Shown in pieces: positions 38,776-52,651 of a stretch of DNA of 64,000 nucleotides (the first letter of the stretch is position 1; each line of letters begins with the position of its first letter). Both the position numbers and the translations under genes were made by a program. The stretch is taken from NCBI GenBank assembly GCA_051294905.1, contig CM119372.1, positions 8,992,001 to 9,056,000 of the forward strand. The letters run 5' to 3'. Under the pieces are notes generated by a model that was given only the letters and a program-made list of their open reading frames with translations, made no database searches and was not told the DNA's origin. The stretch comes from Botryllus schlosseri (taxonomy: Eukaryota).

Positions 38776-39662
38776 ATCGTAACTGTATTCCATGTTGGCA
38801 ATAAGGTAGGCCTAATGTGGCAGTGTGTGATGGCGCACCGGCAGTCGCGAGACATCGTTAGTTCATAACCAATTGAACTCGGACTTGTAAAACTTACTGG
38901 TCTTCCGGACTACCGATTACACTGCAATTTTCCGATGTGTTCTTCTGGGCCATTACAGGCCTCCACAAGTTCGATCAATTGTCTTATTGACAATATCATC
39001 GAAAGTACAACGAGCATGCGAATTTTCTATTCATACGCTATATCATTACAATATGACTGTATTAATTTATTACGAGATCACGAATAGGTACTCCGTCGCA
39101 TCCTGCTTCTCCTAGAGTGATACACTCCCATCCGCGACCGACTTTCTTTATTTCGTCCCTTACTTTACAGTTATCCTCTTCTCTGGGAATGGGGTGACGT
39201 GAAAATGTTCTAACGGCTTTCTCGCCTGCAAAATAATCCACGTGGTATACATACGTTTCACAGCGACACCGAATCGCTGAAGCAATTCCGACGACCCCGT
39301 GATTTGAAGCTATGCTTTCTTGCGAAAATATCGCCAATAGCTTTTAATAAACGGCTGCATCATCACACATATGTTTATTGCTCTTACCGTTCACGCAACG
39401 CAACACGATTATATAGGTCTGATAGTCTGTCATAAAGACGATAGGTTCCTTTTCAGAACTTTCCAAATCTGTGATCGGAAACAGTAAGTTGAACTCTATC
39501 TTCAGATACAGATAAGTAATCGAACGACTTATGATTATGAATATATACCTTCTACATCATCCTCTATAATGGCAGTATTTTGTCCCTTCGAGGATATTCC
39601 CACTTTCCAAGAGGCCACTGACAAACAAACAATTTTCGTATTTTATTGTGACGTGTTGTGAC

Positions 39663-39820
39663 CAGACATGGGGTGATTACTTTATGAATGTAATCGATTG
39701 CGATTACGATTACTTCGGAATCACGCGATTACGATTACGATTACAGCAAAATCAGGAAGTAGTCGATTACGATTACGATTACATAGAAAAAGTAATCACG
39801 ATTACTCACGATTACATTTG
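39663..39820. mobile_element. Left end of a hAT-type MITE with GATTAC repeats
   Basis: CAGACATGGG followed by an array of (C)GATTAC units. Confidence 0.55.
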
Positions 39821-42800
39821 TTTTGCTTAGGACTATAATCTTAAATGATATATGGGAAGACAATACAAGGATTGCGATGAAAAGGCTTAATGAGATATCA
39901 ACTTTCTTCATAGCCGCGCTGAGTGGGCGGGACTAATAACTCCTGTTCTTCCAATCTGGGCCCACAATGCAAATGTCACCCGGCGCATCCACAAAGGAAT
40001 AAAGCCATGACAATTTGAGTGTGCGTCTCACAAAAGATATTCTTTTAGACTGCTACGTTTGGCCGAGTACAATATCTTGTGATTATACAACGGACTGGAG
40101 GTCGCGAATTAACAACATACAGTAATTATAACAACATACCAGATGCTATGAATATGAATTACGTGCCCCAGCTTTACAGGTAAATCTGACACTCGGGGCT
40201 CAGAGAGATTATAATGTAATATAGAGTAATATAATGCAATTACCTATATTATTGACGAAATTCACTTTTGAAAATTGACCAGGGAATTGGACAGGGGAAT
40301 TGCTGTTTTGGCTGAATTGCTGATTCTAGCTATAACCCACGCTAACATGTCAGGCTATATAAGCGGATGGTTATGGCGGCAGGTCCAAATGCTAAGTAAC
40401 GAACTGTGAAATAACGATTGACGCCCGTTTCAAGTAGTTATATGAGAATAAGATATGGTTAACATAAAAATTCTGCCATCAACTTAATACATATACAATG
40501 TATAACCGGTGACCGATTCTTTGTTTATTTATTATAGTTGTGCTCACCGTAAATACTATTTTATTCAAATCCAAATTTTTCGACGGCAAGAACTCCACTT
40601 CCACTGGTTGGAATTAAACCAAATTTGGTGAGCATCGTTTCTATAGACAGCCTAACACTTTCATGGGGTGAACAGAAAATTTTCAATTTTTTTAATATTT
40701 ATTTTTATATAATGAATAGAAACTTTCTTCTCCTGTAGCAAAGCGGTTACTGGCTGGACTTGAACCAAATTTTGTGTGTAGGCTTAAATTAGGTAACCTA
40801 ACAATTTTATCAAGTAGCCAGTACGATTTGAGAAAAAAAGTCATTTTTGAAGAGCCCTAGTATACACCCGACGGCATAGCGTTCGTTATGGGGGTTGAGA
40901 CTATGGAAGCGACCGTTATAGCTTGTATATCACTTGCCTCGAATCTTGAAGGTGTAAAATTCAACTATCAGCCAAAGGGTCGATTTTGAATTGAAGTTAA
41001 AACTTTTTGAATCAAATTCAAGGAAGGCAGTTTCACCTATGTGGGATAGATTAATACTCAATTCAGTTTGCAGCTATGAGAGAACTAATGTCATGTCAAG
41101 CGCTCAGTCGCCAAGTCAAGTACGAGCGAGGTTCAAAATTCAAACCCTTCATAATTCCGACCTGCTTGCTCATCCAATAGTAGCTCTGATCCGTTTGTCC
41201 GAATCCACCTTTGGGCTAATAAAGTATATCCTGGCTCCACACTAGCATGGATAAAACAAAATTGATGCAAAAGCAATCGCACAATATGCGTGTCTGACGA
41301 AATATTACCGTCCTTTCATCGCTACCAAATCCCGGTGGGTGACGTAGATGGCATCTCCCGGAAATTCTCGGAAATCTTGCAACAGAAAACAGCGTTTTGT
41401 ATCTTGAATTATCGGGTCTGAATCGAGTTGTATGTACCAAGGACCCGGCAGCTTAAGAAATGATACGGTTGTTAGTGTTACGTTATACTATACTGTCTGG
41501 AGCAGTTGTTCGTAACCACTACTATAACACTAACTAATCTACAAGCATTCGCGTAACCCCATATTTCCGCTGAGTCATAAAATCAAAAATCTACCACAAT
41601 ACACATATACACTATACACATACACTATAGATCCCTAGTGTACAAAATGAACTGTGCGTCAACGTGGGGTTCAGAGATCAATTCCATAAAGATGTTATTT
41701 TCACACAAAGCGAAAACATGATGAATATTTAATTTAGGGTTGGTGCGAACGTGAGGTTCACGCTCGCGTTCTGTGTGTGAACTTTCGAAATTTAGATGTT
41801 CACGTTCACAAACGAACCTTGGTAGGTTCTGCACTGCAAACCTTTTGGATGTATTACAATTTTTCACGTCATTATAACATCTTTGGTTGAAATTCTTTGC
41901 ATTTCAACTTTGGGCCCCTCTATGCATGGTTATGGCACTGGCAGAATAGGTTTAAATCAACACTAAACTAGCATGCACCTTGCCAAAAATTTCACTTGCT
42001 TTGTTACAAAAGTTTGCTCGAAATATCCAGCTTTCCGTTTGGGAATATTTAGTAGGCTAACCCTCTGCTGGGAGCTTGGCCAGCAATCACCCAACAGATA
42101 GAGGGAAATACGCTACATGTATAGGTAGTCAGCGATTGATGCTTATTCAACCAATCAATGGAATTTATATGAAGAATACATCGTTGTTTAACTTAAAAAT
42201 TCTAGCAGGCGTACGGGATCCATCTTGTTTTGATATGCTTATTATATCCTAAAAAAAAATCCGTGCGATTGAATGTTGGCTACTAAATAATTTGTTGTTG
42301 AGGTACTGTCAGTAGTAAGTATTCTAGCAGTCCGTTTATCAATGTAGCAATAGTCAGACGCCGAATACATTGTCAGGTCTGGCCTAGACTGTTAAGGCGT
42401 AAGCTTATATTCTCTTGCAAGTCCTCGTCGAAATTGTGGGCAAAGCGAGGGAAGATATTGATTTTATGGGATTATTATATCATTTGATTGCTCCAGATGA
42501 TACATTTGGTGACATTTAAAAAGTGTGGCCTGAGTCGTCGCTATGTATCGTGTACAACTGTACATTAATATATCACTTTACTGAAATGTAGGGTTAGAAT
42601 TAGCCATGTGACGTCATGAGGTTCACGTTCGCGTTCACACAGAACCTTTAAGATACTAGCTCAGAAATACAACGACAGCGTGATACGTAATACCAATTGC
42701 ATGAGCTTATAAATATCTGAAATTTCAGAAGGACCTGGTTTCGATTCAGAACCCCATCCTTCCCTGCGTACGCCATTGCACACAACGTACCGCCACGATA

Positions 42801-44224
42801 GTCACAACTCACAATTCGTCTACCGGTAGGACCTGATTGCATGCAACCAATGATGGCTCATACGGGCGTAATATCCCAAATCATATGTACGAATTGAGTG
42901 TGTGTCTTGACCTCATGGAACCCTTAGTGTTCCACAGAATACCGGGAACTTGGTCTATTTAGACTTAGGTTGCAAGCGAAATGCATTTTCTATATTCTTG
43001 TGACCAATGACCATCCACTTACCAAATTAAAATTCACATCCTCCGAGCCTGGTAGAACACACTCCGACAAAACAGATATAATTCGTAACCACATAAAAAC
43101 CAGCATCAAGGCTATCCTGCCCAGCATAATTATGGCTTGGCTTAATAATATAACATATTAGCATCTCATGTGAACTTGTAAGCTGCATGTGGATGGGCAG
43201 TGGGCACCCACGCGATACAATTGATTTCAATTTTATATAACATAGGTGGAATTTATTAGAGGTTTTCATCAATACCGTAATAGTTACCACGACTCTTGGC
43301 TCCCTTATATGAAGGAACTATCTGCAATTGGCCGCATACAGTTCGAATCATCAGATTGTGATTCGACTTAACTTCGTAATTCGATAAGAATTAAAATTCG
43401 TTTATCTATAAATGTCAACCCTACTGCTAATAATCTTCAATATTACTGGCGAACAGGTGTGTTCTGTAAATAACACCGCTTAAGCTGGGCAGTGCACGCA
43501 CACTGGCACATTTGTAAGGCGGAAATGCGCATTGTCATTCACGATGTCCGCGAAATCGAACGTAACAATAAGCGACATAGCAGGTACGCCAGTACTGGAA
43601 ATGCGTAATAGACTATACTGCAATATTTCTCGCCACCGCAATGTTCAGGAGAGTAGATCAAATATTGGTTTGTGCTGAAACTAAATATATTGGCGTCAAT
43701 CGAAAGCAATTAATCCTATCACAAATTCACAATACATATATAGGAACATCGATAATAATATTTGAACAACGTCATTCAATTGAGTCAAATTACTTTCTAC
43801 ACCAATTCGTACCGCAACCGGTTGGTTGTCTGGTTTTCAAGGTGCGACACCTCACACCTTATAGGTACACACAACATCCGCAAATTTATAGCTGACTCCT
43901 TCACTTTAACGTCTATCGTCAGTGCCCACCACGCACTGTACAATTGCATTATAGCAGATATCCAAAAAATATGCAGATGAGCAGATTGGATTGATAAAAA
44001 TTTATAACAGCAGTTGAGCACCATTTTGACACGAAACAATGCGGAAAACACAGTCACAAACAAACAAATATAAGCAATATGTTGAAGTAGATGGGTATAT
44101 GGATAACAGTAACTAATAGTTGCATTAAAGAACGGATTATGATATATTTTTTCGGGCGAGCATCCAGGAAATTCGTATTGTTCGGCTTTGACGGTCAGTT
44201 GGTTGCAAGGCGTGTAATGTCTTC

Positions 44225-46893
44225 TTACGGCAGTCTTTCGTGACCTTGCTGCAGCTCTTTACTTTTCCTCCATTTGTAAAGAGTCAAACCGCATAACCCG
44301 AAAAATATTGTTAGCACCCCAGCCAACTCCATCGGCTGCGGACTTCGTGCTATCAGAATGTGTTCGAGAGTCAGGCTGACGGCCACGTCTGCATTCTGCC
44401 CGAAACTCACCAGCGCGGGATGCGCATACTTTACAGCCCTGATGTAAAATATATGTGTTCGTGTTCAGTGTACCAAGCTTCTATAGAAGTTGTCTATATT
44501 CTGATTTGAACATTAATCAGATATTTGGAACAGCAAGACGCCGAGATCGCTTTTTCATATGATTTATGTCTATAATTTTAGTTGAAAGAATGCCAAGACG
44601 AAGGCTCCCGACTTCACTTAGTTATGCAATCGCTAGGGAAAAAGCCAATCGTCCACATTGTTCATTCCAGCGTGGCGTGACCAGGAGGCGACACGAAGGC
44701 CGCTAACTAGTAGGGCTGGGCAAAATCGAGTACCTACGTATTTTGCTTCGAGTCGAGTATTCGAGTATCACTCATTATGACGGCATAAGAGAATGTAATA
44801 TGTCAAGTTCAAATATGTACCTATTATGCCACCACAAGAATATAATGTCTGTTATCCATCACTTTAAAGATACTTCGGTAATTTTTCGACCATGCCGATT
44901 TCATTTCACTTTGGGACAATGTTGTGGGATGATCAGTACTGCCGAAATGTCTTATTTCCAGCAACGTTCGTAGATTATACTATTTATTTTGCATGCTGGG
45001 ACACGACTAATCAAGGTTTCAAGGCTTCTACAGTGAAAAATAGTACCGAAACTACAATTTTCGTTGATAAATTAACTTTCCGTGACGAGGAGCGTATAAT
45101 TTCAGTTCTCGAAAAATTCGTCTTTTACTACTCGACTCGAATCATTAAAATTAGTTCTCGATTCTGATTCGATTACTCGAATCATTGTGCCCAGCCCTAC
45201 TATAACAAGAGATGTGCATTATGTACTATACACCCTTATTATCGGAAGTACCGGATTTCATAATAATATCAAAGCTAATGGGCACGACTTAGCACCAATT
45301 TTCTGTGGGCCGCACGATTGCTGCTCGTGGGCCAGACGTTACAAAGTTGCGTAATGCGTACCTATGCCAGCAATAAATTTTATGATACTATACAATACAT
45401 CAATAACACACATAATTATGGTAAGATTTCACTGTGCGATATGATATACAAGTGCTGGTGCATGTGTTAACCATTGAAACTGAATCCATTCTGAGCTAAA
45501 AATCCACCGAGTTCGAGTCGTCAGATTAATCAACAATTTAACAACGGTAACGCCTCCAACGTTTGAAAAGGTGATGCACTATATTCACTTACTGATTGCT
45601 TGCGTATGTGGCTATGGATGAAGCTACGCATATCACCGCGATGTACGCCACGCCGACCCAAGAAAATGGCGACGTCTGAGTTCTGACAGTTGCCAACAAA
45701 ATTCCCGCCATTATTACAGTCAGTGATGAATGATAGAAGACAATCGTAAACGTATTCAAATCCTCTGCGGAAAGCAACGCGTTGTTACAATACAATACTA
45801 CGCCCTCTCTATCTTCCGTTCTCACCTCTTGCTCCTCGCACCCCAACATGCCCAATGCTTCGACCTATGGCGCTGATGATTAGCAGGGTGTAGCCGTATA
45901 TTCGAATTGTTGTTGCATTGTCGCCTAATCCCGGAGGCTGGATATAGTCTTTATCTCCCGACAACAGACCCGAAGCTACAATGAATTTAATATATACGAG
46001 ATCATATCAATGGTCAAACAAATATATGATAATCTTCAGCTTTATAACACCTCACAATACACTAACTTTAAAGAGTTAGGTCTTCTTCTCGCAAAAATGG
46101 TGTGGACAAAACATGCGGTTCCAACTTACTTATGATTAAAGCGATGCCGCCGAAGCAGCATAACAGCCCGAGTATATCTCCAATAGAAACGCCTTCCCGC
46201 AAGATAAGAAACGCAAAAATGATTGAAAATATAGTTCGCGCTGCCCCTCTCGTCGCCACAGCACTTCCCGGTGGTATTACACTGAAAGTATTAAAACACG
46301 CAATCTCTTTCTACTTCGTGTATTGTATATCTATTTCACTGGCCCATACTCGAATGCTTCGTACGAGCTGATTGATGCAATGCAATATACGACCGAAATC
46401 CACAGGCATCTAATTGCTCTTCCAGGCGGAGGACGCCAACCAGTACGTTTATAAAGCAGCGTTGATCCAAAAACGACGGCCTAAAATTGTAGGGGATAAC
46501 GTTGAAACGACGGCCTAAAATTGTAGAAGATAACGCACGACCTTAGCGGTTATAGCGCGTAGTTAATTGGAAAGGCTTTAAAGAAGGGATACACTGTTAA
46601 CTCACTTGAAATACGCTTCGAATGAACATCACCGCAATAGGGTCGATGCCCTCTTGCCCGGCTAAACGCACCAAAACAGCAGTTATGCCATACATGACAC
46701 CCGCGCCCAGAAATGACATGAGAAGACCCTTCGCAGCATCTGCATAGTTGGAAGCTTGTTTCTTTTCTCCGTTTAGCTCAGAGTAGCCAAACTGGTCGCT
46801 GACTTTTCCAGTACCTATTCCATCAGGTAAATCTAAAATCAAACTATTGAAATTGCCACTCATGTTATGTGCTAAATTCGGGGATATATCCAT
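44225..46893 (-). CDS. SLC35G-like EamA/DMT-superfamily transporter, about 368 aa
   Basis: Phase-compatible exons 46893-46606, 46480-46350, 46281-46130, 45975-45826, 45764-45593 and 44438-44225 total 1107 nt. About 10 hydrophobic helices, with EamA-like motifs (PIAVMFIRSVFQ; TIFSIIFAFLILREGVSIGDILGLLCCFGGIALI; QAVKYAHPALVSFGQNADVAV). Confidence 0.85.
44711..45199. mobile_element. Second copy of the 19120-19635 hAT MITE (intronic)
   Basis: Same TIRs (TAGGGCTGGGCA / TGCCCAGCCCTA) and a colinear internal sequence. TSD degraded. Confidence 0.85.
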
Positions 46894-49155
46894 GGCTTAA
46901 TTTTGCGGAGGGAAGAAGATTTAAGAAATTACATTCCAACAAACGAAATTACCATAGTATGATAATACACATGAGCGCACCATGAAATATCGAGATTCCT
47001 TACCGACCACCTAGTGAACAGAACGTTCAGAGCATAGAGGCCTATCTATATTTGAAACACGCGACCAATACGCTTTTAGTTTCGTCTTCCAACGACTTTC
47101 AATAATGCAATATTGATTTTGTATCTTGGTGGTTACAATCGACTTATGGTGTTGCATTTAAAACAAAATTCAATTTAAAACAAACAGGCCCTTGTTAAAA
47201 TATTTTTCAATCCATGACGCCACGCATATTCAATTGTGACGTCATAGTCGATTGAAATTGACAATTGAAAATACAGGATAAATATAGCTCCTTTGAAGAA
47301 ATGGCTTCTAACCCCTGTCATATACGAACCAAAAATATGTTTAACCAGGAGACTACATCGGCATGCTGCATTTTTAAGGTCGGCGTTCATCATCATCAGA
47401 ACATTCATTCCGTATCAACGATCTATATCTATACGTACTATTGCTGTTTAACCGACTATTCTGAGGGTTCCAAGTCCAACCATACCCCATATCGTATACG
47501 TCGGCTATATCCGGAGGTCATAGTCCGTAGGCTCATACATTATGTCTTTTGGAGAGTATTACACAATTATGACATAATTATACAACCCAAAAAACACACA
47601 GTTTTGATTTTTTTTAAAGGCCTTTGTTTAAAACATGTTTGAAACAGTGTTTCAAATGACCATTTGTTTTAAATGCTACCCTACTTATATAGTCTACCGT
47701 CTCGAATTAAATTTAAGTCATCTTCGAGTCTACTGCTTTAACCATATAGTCTCTTGGTATCTCAACATATGCAACATATCCAGCATACCGTTGTGCTTAT
47801 TCTGCGAGTCGTTCGGCACTCCAGGAAACTCTGGCATGATAACTTCGTCATCGTCATATTCCTGAACTGCGTGTTTTACAAGCGATGATTTTTCAGAGAC
47901 AGTTTTCTTCCGATATAAAATCTGCTGTATTGGTCTAAAAATTAAAAGAGAACAACAGTGCGTTAACTCCGTGGCCAGAGTACCAGATATAAGGTATAGA
48001 AATACATATTCTTTGTGAGTGAGAGAGAGAGAGAGTCTTTATTTTCATCGAACCAAAATACATAACAAACGGCAGTGATGGTGGTACAGAAAATATGCGT
48101 GCACAGTATTCGGTATTAGATAGGAATGATCGATAAGACCGTGTGTGTGACAAGACTGTTAACTTAATAGTGTTGTGGGTTTGTCTTGGAGGTTTACCCT
48201 CCTCGTCATGTGATCCGCGTTAGCCTTGTCCTTTGTCTTACAAAAGCCTAGAACTAACGTGGGCCGTGTTATATCGGCAATTCATGAACCAGAATAAGGT
48301 GTAAATGACCATAGTAGTCGGAACACTAACTACAATAACAACAACAACTGTTATCGGCACTCATGAAAATTATTATCAGTATTTGAATTAATACATATCC
48401 AATGTGTTGTGTAAGTAATATTTTATTTCGCAGCTTGGACAAACTTTTAGCAAAATGACTTGTGTTTCATCCTGGAATGCTGCAACATTAAATTCTGATT
48501 TGCCAAAACAATCCGGAGTTTGGTCAATATACGTAAACATAGCATTTCATCAACGTCATTTCGTAATATCCTTTTCATTATTTGACCTGAATGTATTTAA
48601 TCGATAGTTATGAATGATACCTTACGTAGGCCTACGTGTATACGGGGTTCGTGCAAGTACAGTGCGGAACAAAACATAGCATTGATTACTATAGGGCGAT
48701 TTTTTTACACGTCAAAATTTGTCAAAATTGTAGCGTTGGGTCAAAATTTGTTAAAATTGTTTACAAAGTCAAAATTTTTTTGACGTCTGCATTTCGTTTG
48801 TATCGTAGATTTTGCACTGTCGGTGAACTTATCATTTGATATTTTACAGCATGTAGCCTACTTTATAGGCCTACCGTTGTAAACGGTTAATTGTCTGTTC
48901 ATTGTGAATCATAAACGGTCAAATAAAACAAATAGGTAGAGATAGTGTTATGGTCAACGTACTGCAATATCCCAGCTGAAGAAAGACTTCTTGGGCATTG
49001 CATGATGAAAAATTGTGATGTGGACAACATTGTCAGAATGAAGCAACACGGCGTGTCACCAGCAGTATACGCACAACTTGAGTGTTGTCCGTCAACAACT
49101 GCTGCTGTTGAACGTTCTTTCTCCATTCTTGGCAAGCTTCTTAGTAAGGACATAC

Positions 49156-52100
49156 CAGTGGCGGCTCGTGACAATATCGGGTGGTGGGGCAAGGGCCGCA
49201 AGCGACTTGTTATCAATATGACGTCACAGTAGCGTTTTTCAACGTTCATGATGGTCACATGAATTTCCCATAAACAATGATTTTTAACGTAGGTGCCGCG
49301 AGAGGTTTGCCGGTGGCGTGACTTGAAGTGCGGTAACAAATGTTTTATTCATTGTTTTTTATTCAAATGATTATTTTACAAAATGTGCGCGAACTAAGAA
49401 TCGTTCCCATGCCACGAATCAATCATCAGGGTATCCTTAGTAGCATGCGTTATGATTTCGTGGTAGAGATTACGCAAGCGCCGAGTAAAACTATACCAAA
49501 AAATACACAGACCAACTACCTACAAAGAGCATTCGCATGACACCTTGTGGTGTTTTAATCGTTCCATGCTCAGCAATTCTGTAAAGTGCTGCAGCGCCTC
49601 CGACCCGATTTGTATATGGTAGGATTCTCGTCCCGAAAGCGAGTCAAATCGATTTGCCCTCGTTTTTCTAAGCCCGTCCGAAAGTGTTTGGTACACGATC
49701 CTGATGCGTTACGACCAGGGGATAGGCAATCAAAGCGGAGGCACCCATAAACGTAAAACATTATAAAAAGCCAGCTGTTATCCATGGAAGATTAATTACG
49801 AGTCTGCCTGCCATCATTCAAGCAGGAATCCAAGCATTGTGTTAAATTGAAATGCGAGCACATATCGCATTAAACAATTTCATGAATAAATTATTTCATC
49901 TTGATGAATTTTTTACTTTTTTTCCATAGCCATAACAAAATATATCGGTAAATTAACTGTCAGTGTGCCTCGAGTAATAAGGATGAAAACCACTCACTTT
50001 TCCTTAGCCATAGACATGGTTGAGTTACCTGGGCTCACTTTTGACTGAAATTATTCGGAAAGAACATGATGTGTACGTACAGTCGTCCGCCCACCAGCAT
50101 TAATTTATGTCTTGTATAAGTATTGTGCGCGACGTGATTTCTTATTAGCAAAATGTTCAATAACGAGTTTATTGAAATCTGGAATTCCCAGAACCACGTC
50201 GTTGTGAATCGAGAGAACAGCCAACGCATTAAGCCTATCTTGGCCCATCCTGTTTCTGAGAAAGGCCTTGATACGTTTCAATGTGCTGAAACTGCGCTCG
50301 GATTCCGCGGATGAAATCGGGGTGGTCAAAATGATATTCAGAAAGCTAGTTACTGTAGCAAAGTTGATCGAAAGCGAATTTTCAACTAGGAATTTTGAAA
50401 GTTCACTAGTGGTTTTAACTTCCGAAAAGGATGTATTAGAATACAAACAAGTCAACTCGCTCTCCAACCGAGCAATGTCGATCATCGGGTAATAACGAGG
50501 CACGCTGCGCAGTAGTCCAGAAGGAAAATGAATTTTGTAGGCAGGGAAATTTCTCGGATTTAACAGGGCGAAAGTAAATTTAATGGCATCAACCACCCGA
50601 GAGAGAACATGCCTATTCTTATCTACAAGCTCATCGTTCTTGCAGACTGATACGCGATAACTTTCATTGAGCTGCGACATTACATTTACTCTGCCAAACA
50701 ATTTATATTTAACTGCACTAGCCATGTGCACTTGGGATTTTTGGTGCGCTTTCACACGCTCTGACAAATGCTTCAGATCGCGATAACCAATTTTGTTCCA
50801 ACAAGAGCCACTGCTTCCGGTACCGGCACTGTCGAATAAAAGACAGTAAAAGCAAAACAAGACGTTTTTATCCTCGCTATAAGTAAGCCATTCATTTTTA
50901 TCGAAATGCGCTGAAGAAAAGGCACGAGTGCGTTTTCCTCCGGCGTACGATTGGACCAATGGGCAATTTCTAGGCTGATACGGACCTAGTCGCTTTACCT
51001 CTAATTTTTGCTCTAAAGGCAGCTGGCTAAACGGCGTACGGAGCAAAGATTCAACACGATTCATGTTCGCACTTGACCTGACTACTTATCTGCAGAAATG
51101 GAAATGACTATAAATCGAGAGATTGCGTATGCCTTACTGGAAAGGTCAACGAGTTCGGACACATACGCAATTGTTATCTCATAGATTGGACAAGGAAATG
51201 TCATATTGAATCCAAATATAGATAACTAACCTACGTAGGTTAGTTATCTATAATCCAAAACATCATTCTGAAGAACTACGGATAGCATCCTCGGAAATTC
51301 GGTCCCGGTACAGCTTGGGAGATTTTGACCTTGAGGCTGGAGATTGTCACACGACACATACGGCTTACGGTCTATAGTGTCTACTGTCTATATGTCTGCT
51401 GCAAAATCGCCTTCGGAAAATATATTACCGAATAAATACGTGGATGAAAGCCGAAAACTAGGTACACTGTTACATGAAATCATCGAGAAGTAGCCTCATG
51501 ACCGTTTTCGGTATGGTGCACTGTCAAAATTAATACGAATTGATCAACGCCGAATTTTGCGTAAAATTTACTGAGGAATAGGATGATCAAGCGATAAGCT
51601 GTTAGCCGCCATCGAAAACGAAACAGCTATCGCGCTTGACAGGGGTTGTAATTGTGAGCAAATGGCCCGAAGGCCACCATTCCACGGTGAAATTGACATT
51701 GGAGAATATAAAATAAAACTAAATATTTGAATGCAAACCGAGGATGTTAGTAAACTGTTTCATGATATCATCATCTCATCACCTATCTCAGTATGGAACA
51801 CAGATACACCGGCTTTTGCGTGAAATCCGCAATGCGTTAGGTAGACTAAGTGTCAGATCAGCGCACATCTCTACCATACTCGAACTTGATAACGAAATTG
51901 CTGCCCTAATCATTGAGTGCCAACCTTGAGACTTGGCTCAGCGTTCGATACTAAAATCAAGACATACCATGTAAAAGCTCATGACGGATCTAGCTAAGGA
52001 GCATCGTTAAAATTAATGGAGACCAATACCGGCTTTGCGTGAAATATGTTTGCGATACATGACGGATCAGCACACACTCGACTTTGGAAACGGAATTACT

Positions 52101-52651
52101 ACCCTAAACTTTGAGTAGAAACCCTGAAACTTAGGACAGTGTTAAATACCACCATCACGACATGACATACCAAGTTTCAAGAATTATCATGGTGTGAAAC
52201 ACCATCAAAATCGACCTATACCAGCAAAGGTCGACTCAACGCATATCACGGTATCCGAGTTCAGACATAGATACGATTGTTACATCACACCTTAGGGGCG
52301 ACAGGCATATATGCCCCGGTTGCTCGGCCATTTTACGAATAGGAGAGAGTATATCACCGTTTCTTAATTGTGCGCGGCTTTGAGAGAATAGATAGTGAAA
52401 GCTTGTTATGAGCGCTACCGGGGCAAGCCCCGGCTAGGCATTCACAAAGCGAAAACACAGAAGAGAATTCGATTTTCGCAGAGACTTCGCTATGTATGGG
52501 CATTTGCAAGCGAAAGCACAAGAAGAACGCGGGCTTCGCTGTGATCTCGGTATATATTGAGCGCTGTGTGTCTATAAATGGTTAAATTGTTATTGAACAG
52601 AATTTTAGGTGGGGCAATGCCCCAGTTGCCCTATAGGACGAGCCGCCACTG
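49156..52651 (-). mobile_element. hAT element (ZMYM1-like/Tip100-type transposase), 3.5 kb
   Basis: 14-bp TIRs CAGTGGCGGCTCGT / ACGAGCCGCCACTG and a perfect 8-bp TSD GGACATAC (49148-49155 / 52652-52659). Confidence 0.92.
50105..51064 (-). CDS. Internally deleted hAT transposase: TTF-type zinc finger fused to the C-terminal dimerisation region
   Basis: 319-aa open ORF with WLTYSEDKNVLFCFYCLLF...HQKSQVH (ZnF_TTF-like). NRHVLSRVVDAIKF is joined directly to FALLNP...PISSAESERSFSTLKRIKAFLRNRMGQDRLNALAVLSIH. Confidence 0.85.
   Translation of the reverse strand: MNRVESLLRTPFSQLPLEQKLEVKRLGPYQPRNCPLVQSYAGGKRTRAFSSAHFDKNEWLTYSEDKNVLFCFYCLLFDSAGTGSSGSCWNKIGYRDLKHLSERVKAHQKSQVHMASAVKYKLFGRVNVMSQLNESYRVSVCKNDELVDKNRHVLSRVVDAIKFTFALLNPRNFPAYKIHFPSGLLRSVPRYYPMIDIARLESELTCLYSNTSFSEVKTTSELSKFLVENSLSINFATVTSFLNIILTTPISSAESERSFSTLKRIKAFLRNRMGQDRLNALAVLSIHNDVVLGIPDFNKLVIEHFANKKSRRAQYLYKT

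Noticed and set aside
37026..39340. Possible minus-strand exons (37026-37330, 38800-39000, 39090-39225)
   Set aside because: Some acceptor-like sites are present, but I found no consistent frame chain or recognisable product.
41730..42650. MITE bounded by GTTCACG/GAAC repeats
   Set aside because: Subterminal-like motifs occur at both ends, but the TIRs and TSD are too degraded to define.
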